Below are positions 8,920-17,873 of a DNA stretch of 32,111 bases, piece after piece; within the stretch, counting starts at the first letter, position 1, and every line of letters starts with the position of its first letter. The position numbers and the translations under genes were made by a program. The DNA is from Chthoniobacterales bacterium. Its GTDB lineage: Bacteria; Verrucomicrobiota; Verrucomicrobiia; Chthoniobacterales; UBA10450. The notes beneath the pieces were generated by a model. That model did no database searches. It worked only from the letters and a program-made list of their open reading frames with translations, and had not been told where the DNA came from. The DNA lies in the NCBI GenBank assembly GCA_035710475.1, contig DASTDG010000070.1, positions 1-32,111 on the forward strand. Direction: 5' to 3'.

Positions 8920-9902
8920 GCGCCGTTAACGCGAGCTTCAAGGAGATCGCCCGCGCCATTTGTCAACACCAGCGCATCGCTGTTCTCAGTCACGTCCGGC
9001 CGGATGGCGATGCGCTGGGCAGCCAAATCGCGCTCGCCCTCTCGTTACAACAAATCGGCAAAGATGTGCGGGTCTGGAACGAGGACGGCATGCTCGAAAA
9101 ATATTCTTTTGTCCCGCGCGCCGAGCTCGTGACCAAACCACCGGCCGAACCCGAAGATGTCGATCTTGCGATCGCGCTCGACACCGCCATTCAGAACCGG
9201 CTGGGCACCGCGCTCACCGCGATTCGTGCAACGAAACTTTGGATTAACATTGACCATCATCTCAGCAACCCGCGTTACGGCGATCTCGTCCACATCGATG
9301 ACAGCGCCCCAGCGACCGGACAAATTCTGTTTGATTTGATAACGAGCGAAAAACTTCCGATCGATCGGGACATCGCCGAAAACCTTTACGTCGCGATCTC
9401 AACCGACACCGGATCGTTCCAGTATCCAAAAACCACCAGCCGAACGTTTGAAATCGCCGCCGAGTTAGTTCGCGTCGGGCTCGATGTTGGTGCGATCAGC
9501 ACGCAGCTGTACGAAAACTTTCCGCGTCGCCGGGTCGAACTCTTGCGCGAGCTCCTGCGCACGATGCGCTTTGACGGGAACGGTCGTGTCGCCAGTTTCA
9601 AGCTGTCCCTGCAAACGGCAAACGAGCTTGGCGTCATTCCCGAAGACAACGAGGGACTAATCGACCATCTGCGCGCGATTCGCGGCGTCATCGTCGCCGT
9701 CTTTTTCGAGGAACTGCCCGACGGAAAAATTCGCGTAAGCATGCGCTCCAAAGACGAACGAATCGATGTCTGCGCGATCTGTCAGAAATTCGGCGGTGGT
9801 GGTCACACGCTCGCCGCCGGTGCGCGCATTCGCGGCACCTTGTCGGAAGTCGAGGAGCGCGTTTTACAAGCCGCTTGTGACGCCGTCGACCGCCAATCCT
9901 GA
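8916..9902 (+). CDS. nrnA: DHH/DHHA1 phosphoesterase, NrnA-type oligoribonuclease / pAp phosphatase
   Basis: 328-aa ORF with DHH-family motifs (HVRPDGDALGS, DTA, IDHH) and the DHHA1 motif GGGGH near the C-terminus. The GTG start overlaps the rbfA stop (GTGA). Confidence 0.85.
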   Translation: MSAVNASFKEIARAICQHQRIAVLSHVRPDGDALGSQIALALSLQQIGKDVRVWNEDGMLEKYSFVPRAELVTKPPAEPEDVDLAIALDTAIQNRLGTALTAIRATKLWINIDHHLSNPRYGDLVHIDDSAPATGQILFDLITSEKLPIDRDIAENLYVAISTDTGSFQYPKTTSRTFEIAAELVRVGLDVGAISTQLYENFPRRRVELLRELLRTMRFDGNGRVASFKLSLQTANELGVIPEDNEGLIDHLRAIRGVIVAVFFEELPDGKIRVSMRSKDERIDVCAICQKFGGGGHTLAAGARIRGTLSEVEERVLQAACDAVDRQS

Positions 9903-10602
9903 CGGCGTCCTGCTCGTCGACAAAGCCGAAGGCATGACGTCGCACGACGTGGTCGCACTCGTTCGGCGCAAGCTGGAGATGAAGAAGATCGGGCATTGCG
10001 GAACACTCGATCCGATCGCAACGGGGTTGCTTCTCCTCACGCTCGGCCGCGGAACCAAAGTGCAGGACCTGTTGATGAGTGAGGATAAGGAATATGTCGG
10101 CACACTCACCCTCGGCATCATCACCAGCACGCAGGATCGACAAGGTGAAATTGTCGACCAGCGGCCGGTGCCGGCGCTAACAGACGATCAAATCCGTGCC
10201 GCGTTCGAAAAATTTCGCGGCGACTTCTACCAAATGCCGCCGATGGTCTCGGCCAAGAAACACGGCGGCGTTCCGCTCTACAAACTGGCGCGGCAGGGAA
10301 AAGTGATCGAGCGCGAGCCGCGCCTCGTTCACGTGTATCGCTACACAATCGATCACGTCGCGCTTCCCGACATTGATTTCAGTGTGCTTTGCAGCAAGGG
10401 CTTTTACGTGCGCACCTATGCACACGACATCGGCGAGACACTCAGTTGCGGCGCTCACCTGAAGTCGCTGCGTCGCACGAAATCCGGCCGGTTTACTGTC
10501 GATCAAGCGATTACCATCCACGAAATCAAAAACTCGCCGGTCGAACAGATCACCAACCGAATTCTGACTCTCCCTGAGGTTTCGCGAATGCGCGGCGCAT
10601 AA
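9877..10602 (+). CDS. truB: tRNA pseudouridine(55) synthase TruB
   Basis: GVLLVDKAEGMTSHDVVALVRRKL...GHCGTLDPIATGLLLL contains the catalytic Asp motif. The track ORF starts at 9766 inside nrnA. The in-frame GTG at 9877 gives a normal N-terminus (MTPSTANPDGVLLVDK) with a 26-nt overlap; the exact start remains uncertain. Confidence 0.9.
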   Translation: MTPSTANPDGVLLVDKAEGMTSHDVVALVRRKLEMKKIGHCGTLDPIATGLLLLTLGRGTKVQDLLMSEDKEYVGTLTLGIITSTQDRQGEIVDQRPVPALTDDQIRAAFEKFRGDFYQMPPMVSAKKHGGVPLYKLARQGKVIEREPRLVHVYRYTIDHVALPDIDFSVLCSKGFYVRTYAHDIGETLSCGAHLKSLRRTKSGRFTVDQAITIHEIKNSPVEQITNRILTLPEVSRMRGA

Positions 10603-10619
10603 GCGGAAAGATCGACACG

Positions 10620-11546
10620 ATGGAAATTCTGCAGTCAATCTCCCAACTGGAAAAGCTCCGCGGTCCAGTTTTTCTCGCCATCGGGGTTTTTGACGGGGTC
10701 CACCGTGGGCACCAGGCGGTGATTTCTACTTCGGCAAGTCACGCGCAAGCCGGCGGCACCGCGGTCGTGGTCACATTCGATCCGCATCCAGCTAAGGTGC
10801 TGCGCCCGCACGACGCGCCGCATCTGCTCACCGCGACAGAGCACAAAATCGCGCTCATTCGCGAATTGGGTGTTGAACACCTGCTGCTGATCAAATTCGA
10901 CCGGCAATTCGCCTCTACCGCGCCGAAAGATTTCATCGCGCAGCTCGTGCGCCATTCCAATCCGCTGCGCGAAATCTGTGTCGGCCATGAATGGTCATTT
11001 GGAAAGGACCGGCGCGGAAATGTCGATCTTCTAAGAAAGCTCGGGGCTCAATACGGCTTCGAGGTGGTCAGCATTCCGCCCGTGAAAGTGAACGGCACGG
11101 TGGTGAGCAGCACTGCAATCCGACAGGCGATCGAAATTGGCGATTTCGCGAAAGCCGCGCGGATGCTTGGGCGCGATTACACGATCCTTGGCACCGTGAC
11201 CAGCGGTGAACGCCTCGGCAAAAAACTTGGGTTTCCGACGGCGAACCTAAGCGCCCATAGCGAACAGTTCCCGCCGAATGGTGTTTATTGCGCCGAGGCG
11301 AAACTCGATGGGCAACTGTTACGCGGCGTCGTGAATCTTGGCTACAGGCCAACCGTCAGCGCCGCGAAGGACGAGCGCGTCCTCGAAATCCACCTGCTCG
11401 ATTTCAACCGCGACGTTTACGGCAAGGACATCGAGGTCCGGTTCACCCGTCATCTCAGACCGGAAAAGAAATTCGAAAGCGTCGATGCGCTTGTGCGACA
11501 GATCGAGATGGATGTTAAGCAAGCACGCGAACTGTGCACCGGCTGA
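10620..11546 (+). CDS. ribF: Bifunctional riboflavin kinase / FMN adenylyltransferase
   Basis: 308-aa ORF. The N-terminal FAD synthetase region reads AIGVFDGVHRGHQAVI. The C-terminal riboflavin kinase region reads GFPTANL...GVY...PT...LEIHLLDF..DVYG. It occupies the conserved position after truB. Confidence 0.95.
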   Translation: MEILQSISQLEKLRGPVFLAIGVFDGVHRGHQAVISTSASHAQAGGTAVVVTFDPHPAKVLRPHDAPHLLTATEHKIALIRELGVEHLLLIKFDRQFASTAPKDFIAQLVRHSNPLREICVGHEWSFGKDRRGNVDLLRKLGAQYGFEVVSIPPVKVNGTVVSSTAIRQAIEIGDFAKAARMLGRDYTILGTVTSGERLGKKLGFPTANLSAHSEQFPPNGVYCAEAKLDGQLLRGVVNLGYRPTVSAAKDERVLEIHLLDFNRDVYGKDIEVRFTRHLRPEKKFESVDALVRQIEMDVKQARELCTG

Positions 11547-11561
11547 TCCCGGCGCCCTGAT

Positions 11562-11921
11562 TCAAGGCCACAGCCGCGCGACGTCGCGCACCTCTGGCGT
11601 TTTGCGCAGCGCAAAGATCACGGCGAAGGCGCCAACCAGCAGGCCGCAGCCGAACACGAAAACAAGCAACAGCCAAATCGGAAAGCTCGACAACTGGATT
11701 ATGCCTTCGCTGACGAAGCGGCCGCCGCCGGAGAGCAAGTAGGCGATCGCGCTTCCAAGTAAGGTGAGCCCGATGAGGATAATCGCGCGGAGTTGCCATG
11801 GCTCAGGTCGGGCCGCGGGCAGTTTTGCCATGATACGCGCCGTGAATCCATCATCATCAATGTACGGCCCTGCTTCACGCAGTTGTCGATCTAACGTCTC
11901 GTCGTCGATCATCCCGTTCAT
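11562..11921 (-). CDS. Small membrane protein, possible anti-sigma factor (function inferred from position only)
   Basis: 119-aa ORF starting 4 nt after the ECF sigma stop. It has a cytoplasmic-looking N-terminus (DETLDRQLREAGPYIDDDGFTARIMAKLP) and two hydrophobic segments. There is no zinc-binding anti-sigma (HxxxCxxC) motif. Confidence 0.5.
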   Translation of the reverse strand: MNGMIDDETLDRQLREAGPYIDDDGFTARIMAKLPAARPEPWQLRAIILIGLTLLGSAIAYLLSGGGRFVSEGIIQLSSFPIWLLLVFVFGCGLLVGAFAVIFALRKTPEVRDVARLWP

Positions 11922-11925
11922 TGTA

Positions 11926-12462
11926 TCAATTTGGCCCCCAGGCCGCCAGCGTGCGTTTCAACTTCTCGCGCCCGCGCAGGACGTTCGTTTTCACTGTGCC
12001 GAGAGGGATGTCCAGGACGCGCGCGGCTTCGTCGTGCGATAAACCGTTTTGGCAGCAAAGCACCACCGCCGTGCGCTCATGCAGTGGAAGTAAGCTCAGT
12101 GCGTGCATCAGATCGTGGCGCAATGCGGGATCGACAGTTTGCGGGTCGCGCTCCCGCTCCAGCTGTTTTTCGTCAACACCGACCAGCTCCCGGCGTTTGC
12201 GCGCGTACTCGCGAAAGCAGTTGTAGGCAATGCGGTATAGCCACGTGGAAAAACGCGCTTCACCGCGAAAGCTGCGGAGGTTTTTGTAGGCACGCAGGAA
12301 GGTCTCCTGCGCCAGATCGTCGGCCAGACTAATGTCATGTCCAGTAAGCTGGCGAAGCAGACCGCGCACGGTGGATTGATGATTGCGGACAAGCTCGGCA
12401 AACGCGTGATGATCATCGTCAACTAAGACTCTGGCAACCAGCTCTGCATCTGTGAGTGGCAC
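11926..12462 (-). CDS. ECF-type RNA polymerase sigma-70 family factor
   Basis: 178-aa ORF. Region 2 reads FAELVRNHQSTVRGLLRQL...DLAQETFLRAYKNLRSFRGEARFSTWLYRIAYN. Region 4 reads ALSLLPLHERTAVVLCCQNGLSHDEAARVLDIPLGTVKTNVLRGREKL. Confidence 0.93.
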   Translation of the reverse strand: MPLTDAELVARVLVDDDHHAFAELVRNHQSTVRGLLRQLTGHDISLADDLAQETFLRAYKNLRSFRGEARFSTWLYRIAYNCFREYARKRRELVGVDEKQLERERDPQTVDPALRHDLMHALSLLPLHERTAVVLCCQNGLSHDEAARVLDIPLGTVKTNVLRGREKLKRTLAAWGPN

Positions 12463-12471
12463 CCGCGCAAA

Positions 12472-13119
12472 TTATGGCAAGGGCGGTGGGTTGTCTGGTC
12501 TGCGTTTCGCGCCCCCCTCAAGCTTCCACACAATCAGGTAACCGGCGCCGATGAGAAACGGGATCAAGCCGAGTGTCCACGCTCCGCCTTCCCAATCACT
12601 GACCGCCGCCAACCATAGCATCAGGCCTACGCCGAGCATCACCAGGATAACCCCCCGGCGCATATCAGAGCGTTGACGAGCTGGCAGTTTTCCAGGGGCG
12701 AGCAATTCGGCCGGCACCGGTTGACCTTTTTCGACCATCATTTGAATCGTCCGATGCAACCGCCGATTTTTTGAAATCGCAACATAGCCGAGTACCGCAA
12801 TCATCAGGACCGGCGCGCCAAAAACGGCCAGCATACTAATTCCGACAATTGGAAAGACCTCCCCTGGAACGTCTTCGTGGTCGTGGCGATCCAGCTCATC
12901 GGTGTCAATCATTACTCCATGGCGGCCGCCGAATTTTTCCTCGATTCGGCGCTGAATTTTCTCGGCCAGGTCGCTTGCGGGTGAAGCGGTCACACTCGGC
13001 GAAGCGGCAACCGAAGGGGAAAGTGCAGGCGAGCCCGGCTGCGGCGTCGCTGGAGGTTGCGCGAACACCACCGTCGCGAGCGCGGCGATGCCGATTGAGA
13101 CAGAGAGTAAGGTTTTCAT
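12472..13119 (-). CDS. Exported/membrane protein, first gene of the ECF operon (resembles DUF6249-type proteins from memory)
   Basis: ATG at 13119 is preceded by AGGA. It has a signal peptide (MKTLLSVSIGIAALATVVFAQ), a Pro/Ser-rich linker and an acidic/His-rich stretch (DTDELDRHDHEDVPGE). Three hydrophobic segments follow, including ...RLHRTIQMMVEKGQPVPAELL... and ...IGAGYLIVWKLE. The track start at 13281 adds 54 non-protein-like residues. Confidence 0.65.
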   Translation of the reverse strand: MKTLLSVSIGIAALATVVFAQPPATPQPGSPALSPSVAASPSVTASPASDLAEKIQRRIEEKFGGRHGVMIDTDELDRHDHEDVPGEVFPIVGISMLAVFGAPVLMIAVLGYVAISKNRRLHRTIQMMVEKGQPVPAELLAPGKLPARQRSDMRRGVILVMLGVGLMLWLAAVSDWEGGAWTLGLIPFLIGAGYLIVWKLEGGAKRRPDNPPPLP

Positions 13120-13289
13120 AATCGTCCTTTGCCTGTGAGATGCGGACCAGGTGCAACTTGGATTCACAAAAGCACGCTTTCGCTGGACAATTGCAGGGCA
13201 GGCTCCGCCTGCTGACGTGATGGTAAGCGATGCGCTTGCAGTGCAATTCAGCACACCCGCTCGTCGTGACGCAAGAGACAATCGCTATG

Positions 13290-14651
13290 TCAGCCTTTAA
13301 CGAATTGCTCCTCTTCGGTGGAGCCGCGCAATGCGGCCGTCGAGCATTCGCCCCCGCAGATGATCTGCGCGACGGCATCGAAGTAGCCAACACCCACCTC
13401 GTGTTGATGCTTCGTCGCCGTGTAGCCGAATTCCTCAGCCGCGAATTCCGCTTCCTGCAACTCGGCATAGGCGGCCATCCCGCGAGCGGCGTAGCCACGC
13501 GCCAGATTAAACATCGAATAATTGAGCGTATGAAAACCAGCCAGCGTAACGAACTGGAACTTGTATCCCATTGCGGCCAGCTCGCGCTGGAACTTCGCAA
13601 TCGCGGCGCGGTCAAGCTTCTTCTTCCAGTTGAATGACGGCGAACAATTGTAAGCGAGCAACTTGTTCGGGAACCGCTCGCGCACGGGTTCGGCAAACCG
13701 ACGCGCTTCATCGAGATTCGGTGCGCTCGTCTCGCACCAGACCAGATCGGCATAGGGCGCGTAGTTGATCGCGCGCGCCACCGCTTGTTCCAAACCGGCG
13801 CGTACACAGAAAAATCCCTCCGGCGTTCGTTCGCCAGTCAGGAACTGATGATCGCGCTCGTCAACATCGTTGGTGAGCAGTTTTGCGCCATTCGCGTCAG
13901 TCCGCGCGATGATAATCGTCGGGACATTAGAGATGTCGGCAGCCAAACGCGCGGCGATCAAATTGCGGATGGCATGTGATGTTGGAATGAGCACCTTGCC
14001 GCCCATGTGCCCGCATTTCTTCTCGCTCGCGAGCTGGTCTTCGAGATGCACCCCGGCCGCTCCCGCTTCGATCATTGCCTTGATCAGCTCGAACACGTTG
14101 AGCGGTCCACCAAAGCCCGCTTCCGCGTCGGCCACGATCGGCACCAGCCAGTCGATGCCTACCGCGCCGTAGCCAGGCGGAGGTGGGTCGATCTTGTCCG
14201 CCGGACGGACCCGCTGCGGCGGGCCTTCGGCGTGGTCGATCTGGTCGGCGCGCAGCAAAGCATTGTTAATACGCCGAATCACCGCCGGGACGCTGTTTGC
14301 CGGATACAAACTCTGGTCTGGATACATTTGCCCGGCGAGATTTGCATCCGCCGCCACCTGCCAGCCGCTCAGGTAAATCGCTTTCAGTCCGGCGCGAACC
14401 TGCTGGACAGCTTGGTTGCCAGTCAGCGCCCCGAGTGCGGGAATAAAATCTTTCGTCTGAAGTAAATTCCACAGCTTTTCTGCGCCCCGCCGCGCCAGTG
14501 TATGCTCAATCGCGACCGTGCCGCGCAAGCGCTCGACCTCTGCCGCCGAATACGGCCGCTCGATTCCGTTGAATCGGCCATCCTTATCCGCGCGCCGCTG
14601 CACTCGGTTTCGTTTGCCGGCGGGCCGCTCTCCGTCTCGATGCGCTTTCAT
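13290..14651 (-). CDS. aceA: Isocitrate lyase
   Basis: 453-aa ORF with the ICL signature [11 protein letters not shown], plus [13 protein letters not shown] and [11 protein letters not shown]. Its start lies 1 nt after the aceB stop. Confidence 0.96.
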   Translation of the reverse strand: MKAHRDGERPAGKRNRVQRRADKDGRFNGIERPYSAAEVERLRGTVAIEHTLARRGAEKLWNLLQTKDFIPALGALTGNQAVQQVRAGLKAIYLSGWQVAADANLAGQMYPDQSLYPANSVPAVIRRINNALLRADQIDHAEGPPQRVRPADKIDPPPPGYGAVGIDWLVPIVADAEAGFGGPLNVFELIKAMIEAGAAGVHLEDQLASEKKCGHMGGKVLIPTSHAIRNLIAARLAADISNVPTIIIARTDANGAKLLTNDVDERDHQFLTGERTPEGFFCVRAGLEQAVARAINYAPYADLVWCETSAPNLDEARRFAEPVRERFPNKLLAYNCSPSFNWKKKLDRAAIAKFQRELAAMGYKFQFVTLAGFHTLNYSMFNLARGYAARGMAAYAELQEAEFAAEEFGYTATKHQHEVGVGYFDAVAQIICGGECSTAALRGSTEEEQFVKG

Positions 14652-14652
14652 C

Positions 14653-16251
14653 TCAATCCATGTACTCGTAGCCCGGCAAGGTCAGAAACTCGGCGAATTC
14701 GTCATCGGTGGTGATCTTTGCAAACAATTCGCGTGCTAAGGTGTATTTGCGCTTCTCGAAGATGGATTGGCCTAACTGATTTCGAACCTTGCCAAGCTCC
14801 TCATCCAGCACGTGCGCGAACAGTTCCTTCGTCACTTTGCGGCCGTCGGTCAGCTTTCCGTCGGGGTGGCGAATCCATTGCCAAACTTGCGCGCGTGAGA
14901 TTTCGGAGGTCGCGGCGTCCTCCATCAAATTGAAAAGCGGTACGGCGCCATGACCGCGCAGCCACGCCTCGAGATATTGCACGCCTACGGAAACATTCTG
15001 CCGCAGCCCGGCTTCGGTGATGGGCTCTCGCGGCGCGAAGTCGAGCAGATCATCCGCCGTCACATTTACGTGGTCGCGTTTTCGGTCGATTTGGTTAGGC
15101 GTTTTCATCACGGCATTGAACGCGTCAGTAGCGAGCTGCACCATGCCCGGATGCGCGACCCACGTGCCGTCGTGACCGTCGCCCGCTTCGCGTTCTTTGT
15201 CTGCGCGCACTTTGGCGAACGCCTCCTCGTTCGCTTTCGGGTCATCCTTCACCGGGATTTGCGCCGCCATTCCGCCCATCGCGAACGTGTTCCGCCGATG
15301 GCATGTTTTGATGCAGAGCAGCGAATAGGAATGCATGAAGTGCGTCGTCATCGTGACAAGCGCGCGGTCCGCCAGGATGAAATCCTTTTTCGCGCGGAAT
15401 TTTTTGATGCAGGAAAAAATGTAATCCCAGCGGCCGCAGTTCAGGCCGGCGGAATGGTCGCGCAGTTCGTAAAGGATCTCGTCCATCTCAAACGCCGCCG
15501 GGATCGTTTCGATCAAAACGGTCGCACGAATCGTGCCGCGCGGGATACCGAGCTCGTCCTGCGCGAGATTGAACACGTCGTTCCAAATCCGCGCCTCGAC
15601 ATGGTTCTCCATCTTCGGCAGGTAGAAGTAAGGTCCCGTTCCGCGCTCGAGCAGCTCGCGCGCGTTGTGAAAAAAGAACAAGCCGAAATCAAACAATCCG
15701 CCAGAGACCGGCGCAAGATCGACAACTACGTGTTTCTCATCGAGGTGCCAGCCGCGCGGCCTAACGAGCAGCACCGCGAGCTCGTTCTTCAGCTTGTAAT
15801 CCTTCCCCTCCGGACTGCGAAAAGTGATCGTCCGCCGGATTGCGTCACGGAGATTGATCTGACCTTCGACCATGTTCCGCCACGTCGGCGAATTGGCGTC
15901 TTCGAAATCGGCCATGTACATCTTCGCGCCGGAGTTCAGCGCGTTGATTACCATTTTGCGATCGGTCGGCCCGGTGATCTCAACGCGGCGATCGCGCAGG
16001 TCGTTTGGAATCAGCGCGCAAGTCCAGTCGCTTTCCCGAATGTGCTCTGTCGCAGACAGAAAATCCGGCATCTCGCCAGCATCGAAACGCAATTGTCGAT
16101 CTTGCCGCGCCTTCAGCGCTTCCTTGCGACGCGCGGCGAATTCGCGATGCAACTTCGCCACAAACGCCAGCGCCTCCGGCGTCAGAACCTCGGCGAACTC
16201 GGGCGTGATCTCCCCCTTGATTTCAATGCCCCGGGGCAAAGTCGATTGCAT
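14653..16251 (-). CDS. aceB: Malate synthase A
   Basis: 532-aa ORF typical of malate synthase A: ...[35 protein letters not shown]... and ...[11 protein letters not shown]... It is tightly coupled to aceA. Confidence 0.96.
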   Translation of the reverse strand: MQSTLPRGIEIKGEITPEFAEVLTPEALAFVAKLHREFAARRKEALKARQDRQLRFDAGEMPDFLSATEHIRESDWTCALIPNDLRDRRVEITGPTDRKMVINALNSGAKMYMADFEDANSPTWRNMVEGQINLRDAIRRTITFRSPEGKDYKLKNELAVLLVRPRGWHLDEKHVVVDLAPVSGGLFDFGLFFFHNARELLERGTGPYFYLPKMENHVEARIWNDVFNLAQDELGIPRGTIRATVLIETIPAAFEMDEILYELRDHSAGLNCGRWDYIFSCIKKFRAKKDFILADRALVTMTTHFMHSYSLLCIKTCHRRNTFAMGGMAAQIPVKDDPKANEEAFAKVRADKEREAGDGHDGTWVAHPGMVQLATDAFNAVMKTPNQIDRKRDHVNVTADDLLDFAPREPITEAGLRQNVSVGVQYLEAWLRGHGAVPLFNLMEDAATSEISRAQVWQWIRHPDGKLTDGRKVTKELFAHVLDEELGKVRNQLGQSIFEKRKYTLARELFAKITTDDEFAEFLTLPGYEYMD

Positions 16252-16343
16252 CGCCTTTTATTCGGTATGCGCCGGGCGATTGGCCGCAAACGCCCGGTCG
16301 AAAAGCCTTGCGCAACCGGCCAAGTCGCACATTATTTCACTCC

Positions 16344-16376
16344 CTCCAGCCTCCGCTAAAGCTACGGCTGGCAGGC
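16344..16376 (+). repeat. Short repeat copy A (CTCCAGCCTCC-GCTA-AAGCTACGGCTGGCAGGC) immediately upstream of tRNA-Gly
   Basis: It shares the 9-mer CTCCAGCCT (16344-16352 versus 16452-16460) and the 15-mer AAGCTACGGCTGGCA (16359-16373 versus 16538-16552) with copy B downstream of the tRNA. Confidence 0.7.
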
Positions 16377-16381
16377 AACGC

Positions 16382-16451
<70 letters not shown>

Positions 16452-16456
<5 letters not shown>

Positions 16457-16555
16457 GCCTTTGCTTGGAGCCCAGCGTAAAGCGAAGGCTGGAGCGTCCG
16501 CCGTAGCCTTCTGCGAAGGTGGACATCCATCGCCTCCAAGCTACGGCTGGCAAGC
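16452..16555 (+). repeat. Expanded repeat copy B with internal hairpins, overlapping the tRNA-Gly 3' end and the GIY-YIG upstream region
   Basis: It begins with CTCCAGCCT and ends with GCCTCC-AAGCTACGGCTGGCAAGC. One internal stem is CTCCAGCCTT (16452-16461) / AAGGCTGGAG (16485-16494). A second imperfect stem is CCGCCGTAGC (16499-16508) / GCTACGGCTGG (16540-16550). Confidence 0.65.
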
Positions 16556-16569
16556 CAGTCTGTGATGCA

Positions 16570-16812
16570 ATGTATTACGTTTGCCTCTTACGATCAGAAC
16601 ACCACCCGAAGGAACAATACATCGGCCTTGCCGCTAACCTCAGAGAGCGGCTACGCGATCACAATCTTGGTAATTCGTTGTATACTTCGAAATTCCGGCC
16701 CTGGCTTCTGGTGGCCTATTTCGCCTTTGCAAACAAAGAGCGAGCTGTTGCGTTCGAGCGATATTTAAAGTCCGGCTCAGGGAGAGAATTCGCGAAACGG
16801 CATTTCATCTGA
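16570..16812 (+). CDS. Small GIY-YIG nuclease family protein (UPF0213-like, ~80 aa)
   Basis: MYYVCLLRSEHHPKEQYIGLAANLRERLRDHNLGNSLYTSKFRPWLLVAYFAFANKERAVAFERYLKSGSGREF matches the GIY...YIG...R...H..G...E pattern. ATG 16570 is preferred over the track start at 16519, which reads through repeat copy B. Confidence 0.85.
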   Translation: MYYVCLLRSEHHPKEQYIGLAANLRERLRDHNLGNSLYTSKFRPWLLVAYFAFANKERAVAFERYLKSGSGREFAKRHFI

Positions 16813-16821
16813 AAATGTCAC

Positions 16822-17826
16822 CTACGTGATCGCTTCGCGAATGCCGTGCAATTGCTCTACTAGCCGATGATATTCGTCAATCCTTAGTGTCTGTTCGCCG
16901 TCGGAAAGCGCGGATTCCGGACGCGGATGCACTTCAATCATGACGCCGTCCGCTCCGGCCGCAACACCGGCGCGCGCCAGCGGACTGACCATGTAATTGT
17001 GGCCGGTCCCGTGCGCCGCATCCACGATCAGTGGCAAATGCGAGATTCGACGCATCGCTGGAATTGCAGCGAGATCGAGCGTGTTGCGCGCATGTTGCGA
17101 GAAGGTGCGCACGCCGCGCTCGCACAACACGATTTGGTTATTGCCTTCCGACATCACGTATTCGGCCGCAAGCAGCCATTCCTCGAGTGTCGCCGCCATT
17201 CCTCGTTTTAGAAGCACCGGCAGCCGCGAACGGCCGGCCCGGCGCAGCAGCGTGAAATTTTGCATGTTGCGCGAGCCGATCTGGATCATGTCGGCGTATT
17301 GCTCGACAAGGCCGACCGTGGATTCGTCCAGCGCTTCGGTCACAACTCGCAGCCCGAATTTCGCGCGAACCTCTGCAAGAATCTTTAAGCCTTCTTCGCC
17401 GAGCCCGGCAAAGGAGTAAGGCGAAGTCCGCGGCTTAAATGCGCCGCCGCGGAAAAATTGCGCGCCACTGCGCTGCACTGCTTCTCCAACCGCGAAGGCC
17501 TGTTCTCGATTTTCGATGGCACATGGCCCAGCGATGATCGTGAGCGAACCGGCGCCGATTTGAGCGCCCTTAACATCGACAACTGTGCGCTCCGGCCGCG
17601 CATCCAACGAGGTTAACTTGAACGGATTCGTGACGCGGATCGCTTCCGTCACGCCGGGAAGATTCGCAAAACGTGCGGTGTCGAGCGGCTCGCCATTTCC
17701 GGTCAGGCCGACCGCTGTCCGGGACGCGCCCGGCATGACGTGCGCGTGACAGCCGAGCGACTCGGCCACCCGCACCACATTGTCAATTTCCGCCGGCGCG
17801 GCGTTGGCATTCATCACAATGAGCAT
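16822..17826 (-). CDS. 3-deoxy-7-phosphoheptulonate (DAHP) synthase, type I-beta with N-terminal ferredoxin-like regulatory domain
   Basis: 334-aa ORF. It contains IIAGPCAIENREQ, FRGGAFKPRTSPYSFAGLGEEGL and QIGSRNMQNF. The ~65-aa N-terminal extension resembles regulated I-beta DAHP synthases rather than KDO8P synthase. Confidence 0.9.
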   Translation of the reverse strand: MLIVMNANAAPAEIDNVVRVAESLGCHAHVMPGASRTAVGLTGNGEPLDTARFANLPGVTEAIRVTNPFKLTSLDARPERTVVDVKGAQIGAGSLTIIAGPCAIENREQAFAVGEAVQRSGAQFFRGGAFKPRTSPYSFAGLGEEGLKILAEVRAKFGLRVVTEALDESTVGLVEQYADMIQIGSRNMQNFTLLRRAGRSRLPVLLKRGMAATLEEWLLAAEYVMSEGNNQIVLCERGVRTFSQHARNTLDLAAIPAMRRISHLPLIVDAAHGTGHNYMVSPLARAGVAAGADGVMIEVHPRPESALSDGEQTLRIDEYHRLVEQLHGIREAIT

Positions 17827-17873
17827 GGCGACAGGAACTGATACTTACTTGGACGGATGCCCCGCGGTCAACT

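Noticed and set aside
13120-13281. 54-codon N-terminal extension of the ECF-operon membrane protein
   Set aside because: The extension is non-protein-like. The internal ATG at 13119 has an AGGA ribosome-binding site and yields a canonical signal peptide.
12905-13807. 300-aa minus-strand ORF bridging aceA and the ECF operon
   Set aside because: It is an alternative frame of the isocitrate lyase 3' part plus the intergenic region. Its Arg/Ser-rich composition conflicts with two strongly supported genes.
13290-16251. aceB-aceA as something unusual
   Set aside because: It is a standard, tightly coupled glyoxylate-shunt operon. The insertions in the isocitrate lyase are within normal family variation as far as I can judge.
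16271-16298. 7-8-bp hairpin CCGGGCG...CGCCCGG in the aceB 5' region as a riboswitch or attenuator
   Set aside because: It is a short GC stem with a 12-nt loop and no flanking conserved motif or U-tract. It cannot be distinguished from chance structure in G+C-rich DNA.
14950-16359. 469-aa plus-strand ORF
   Set aside because: It is entirely antisense to malate synthase A. It has an Arg-rich spurious composition, and its 3' end runs into the tRNA-proximal repeat.
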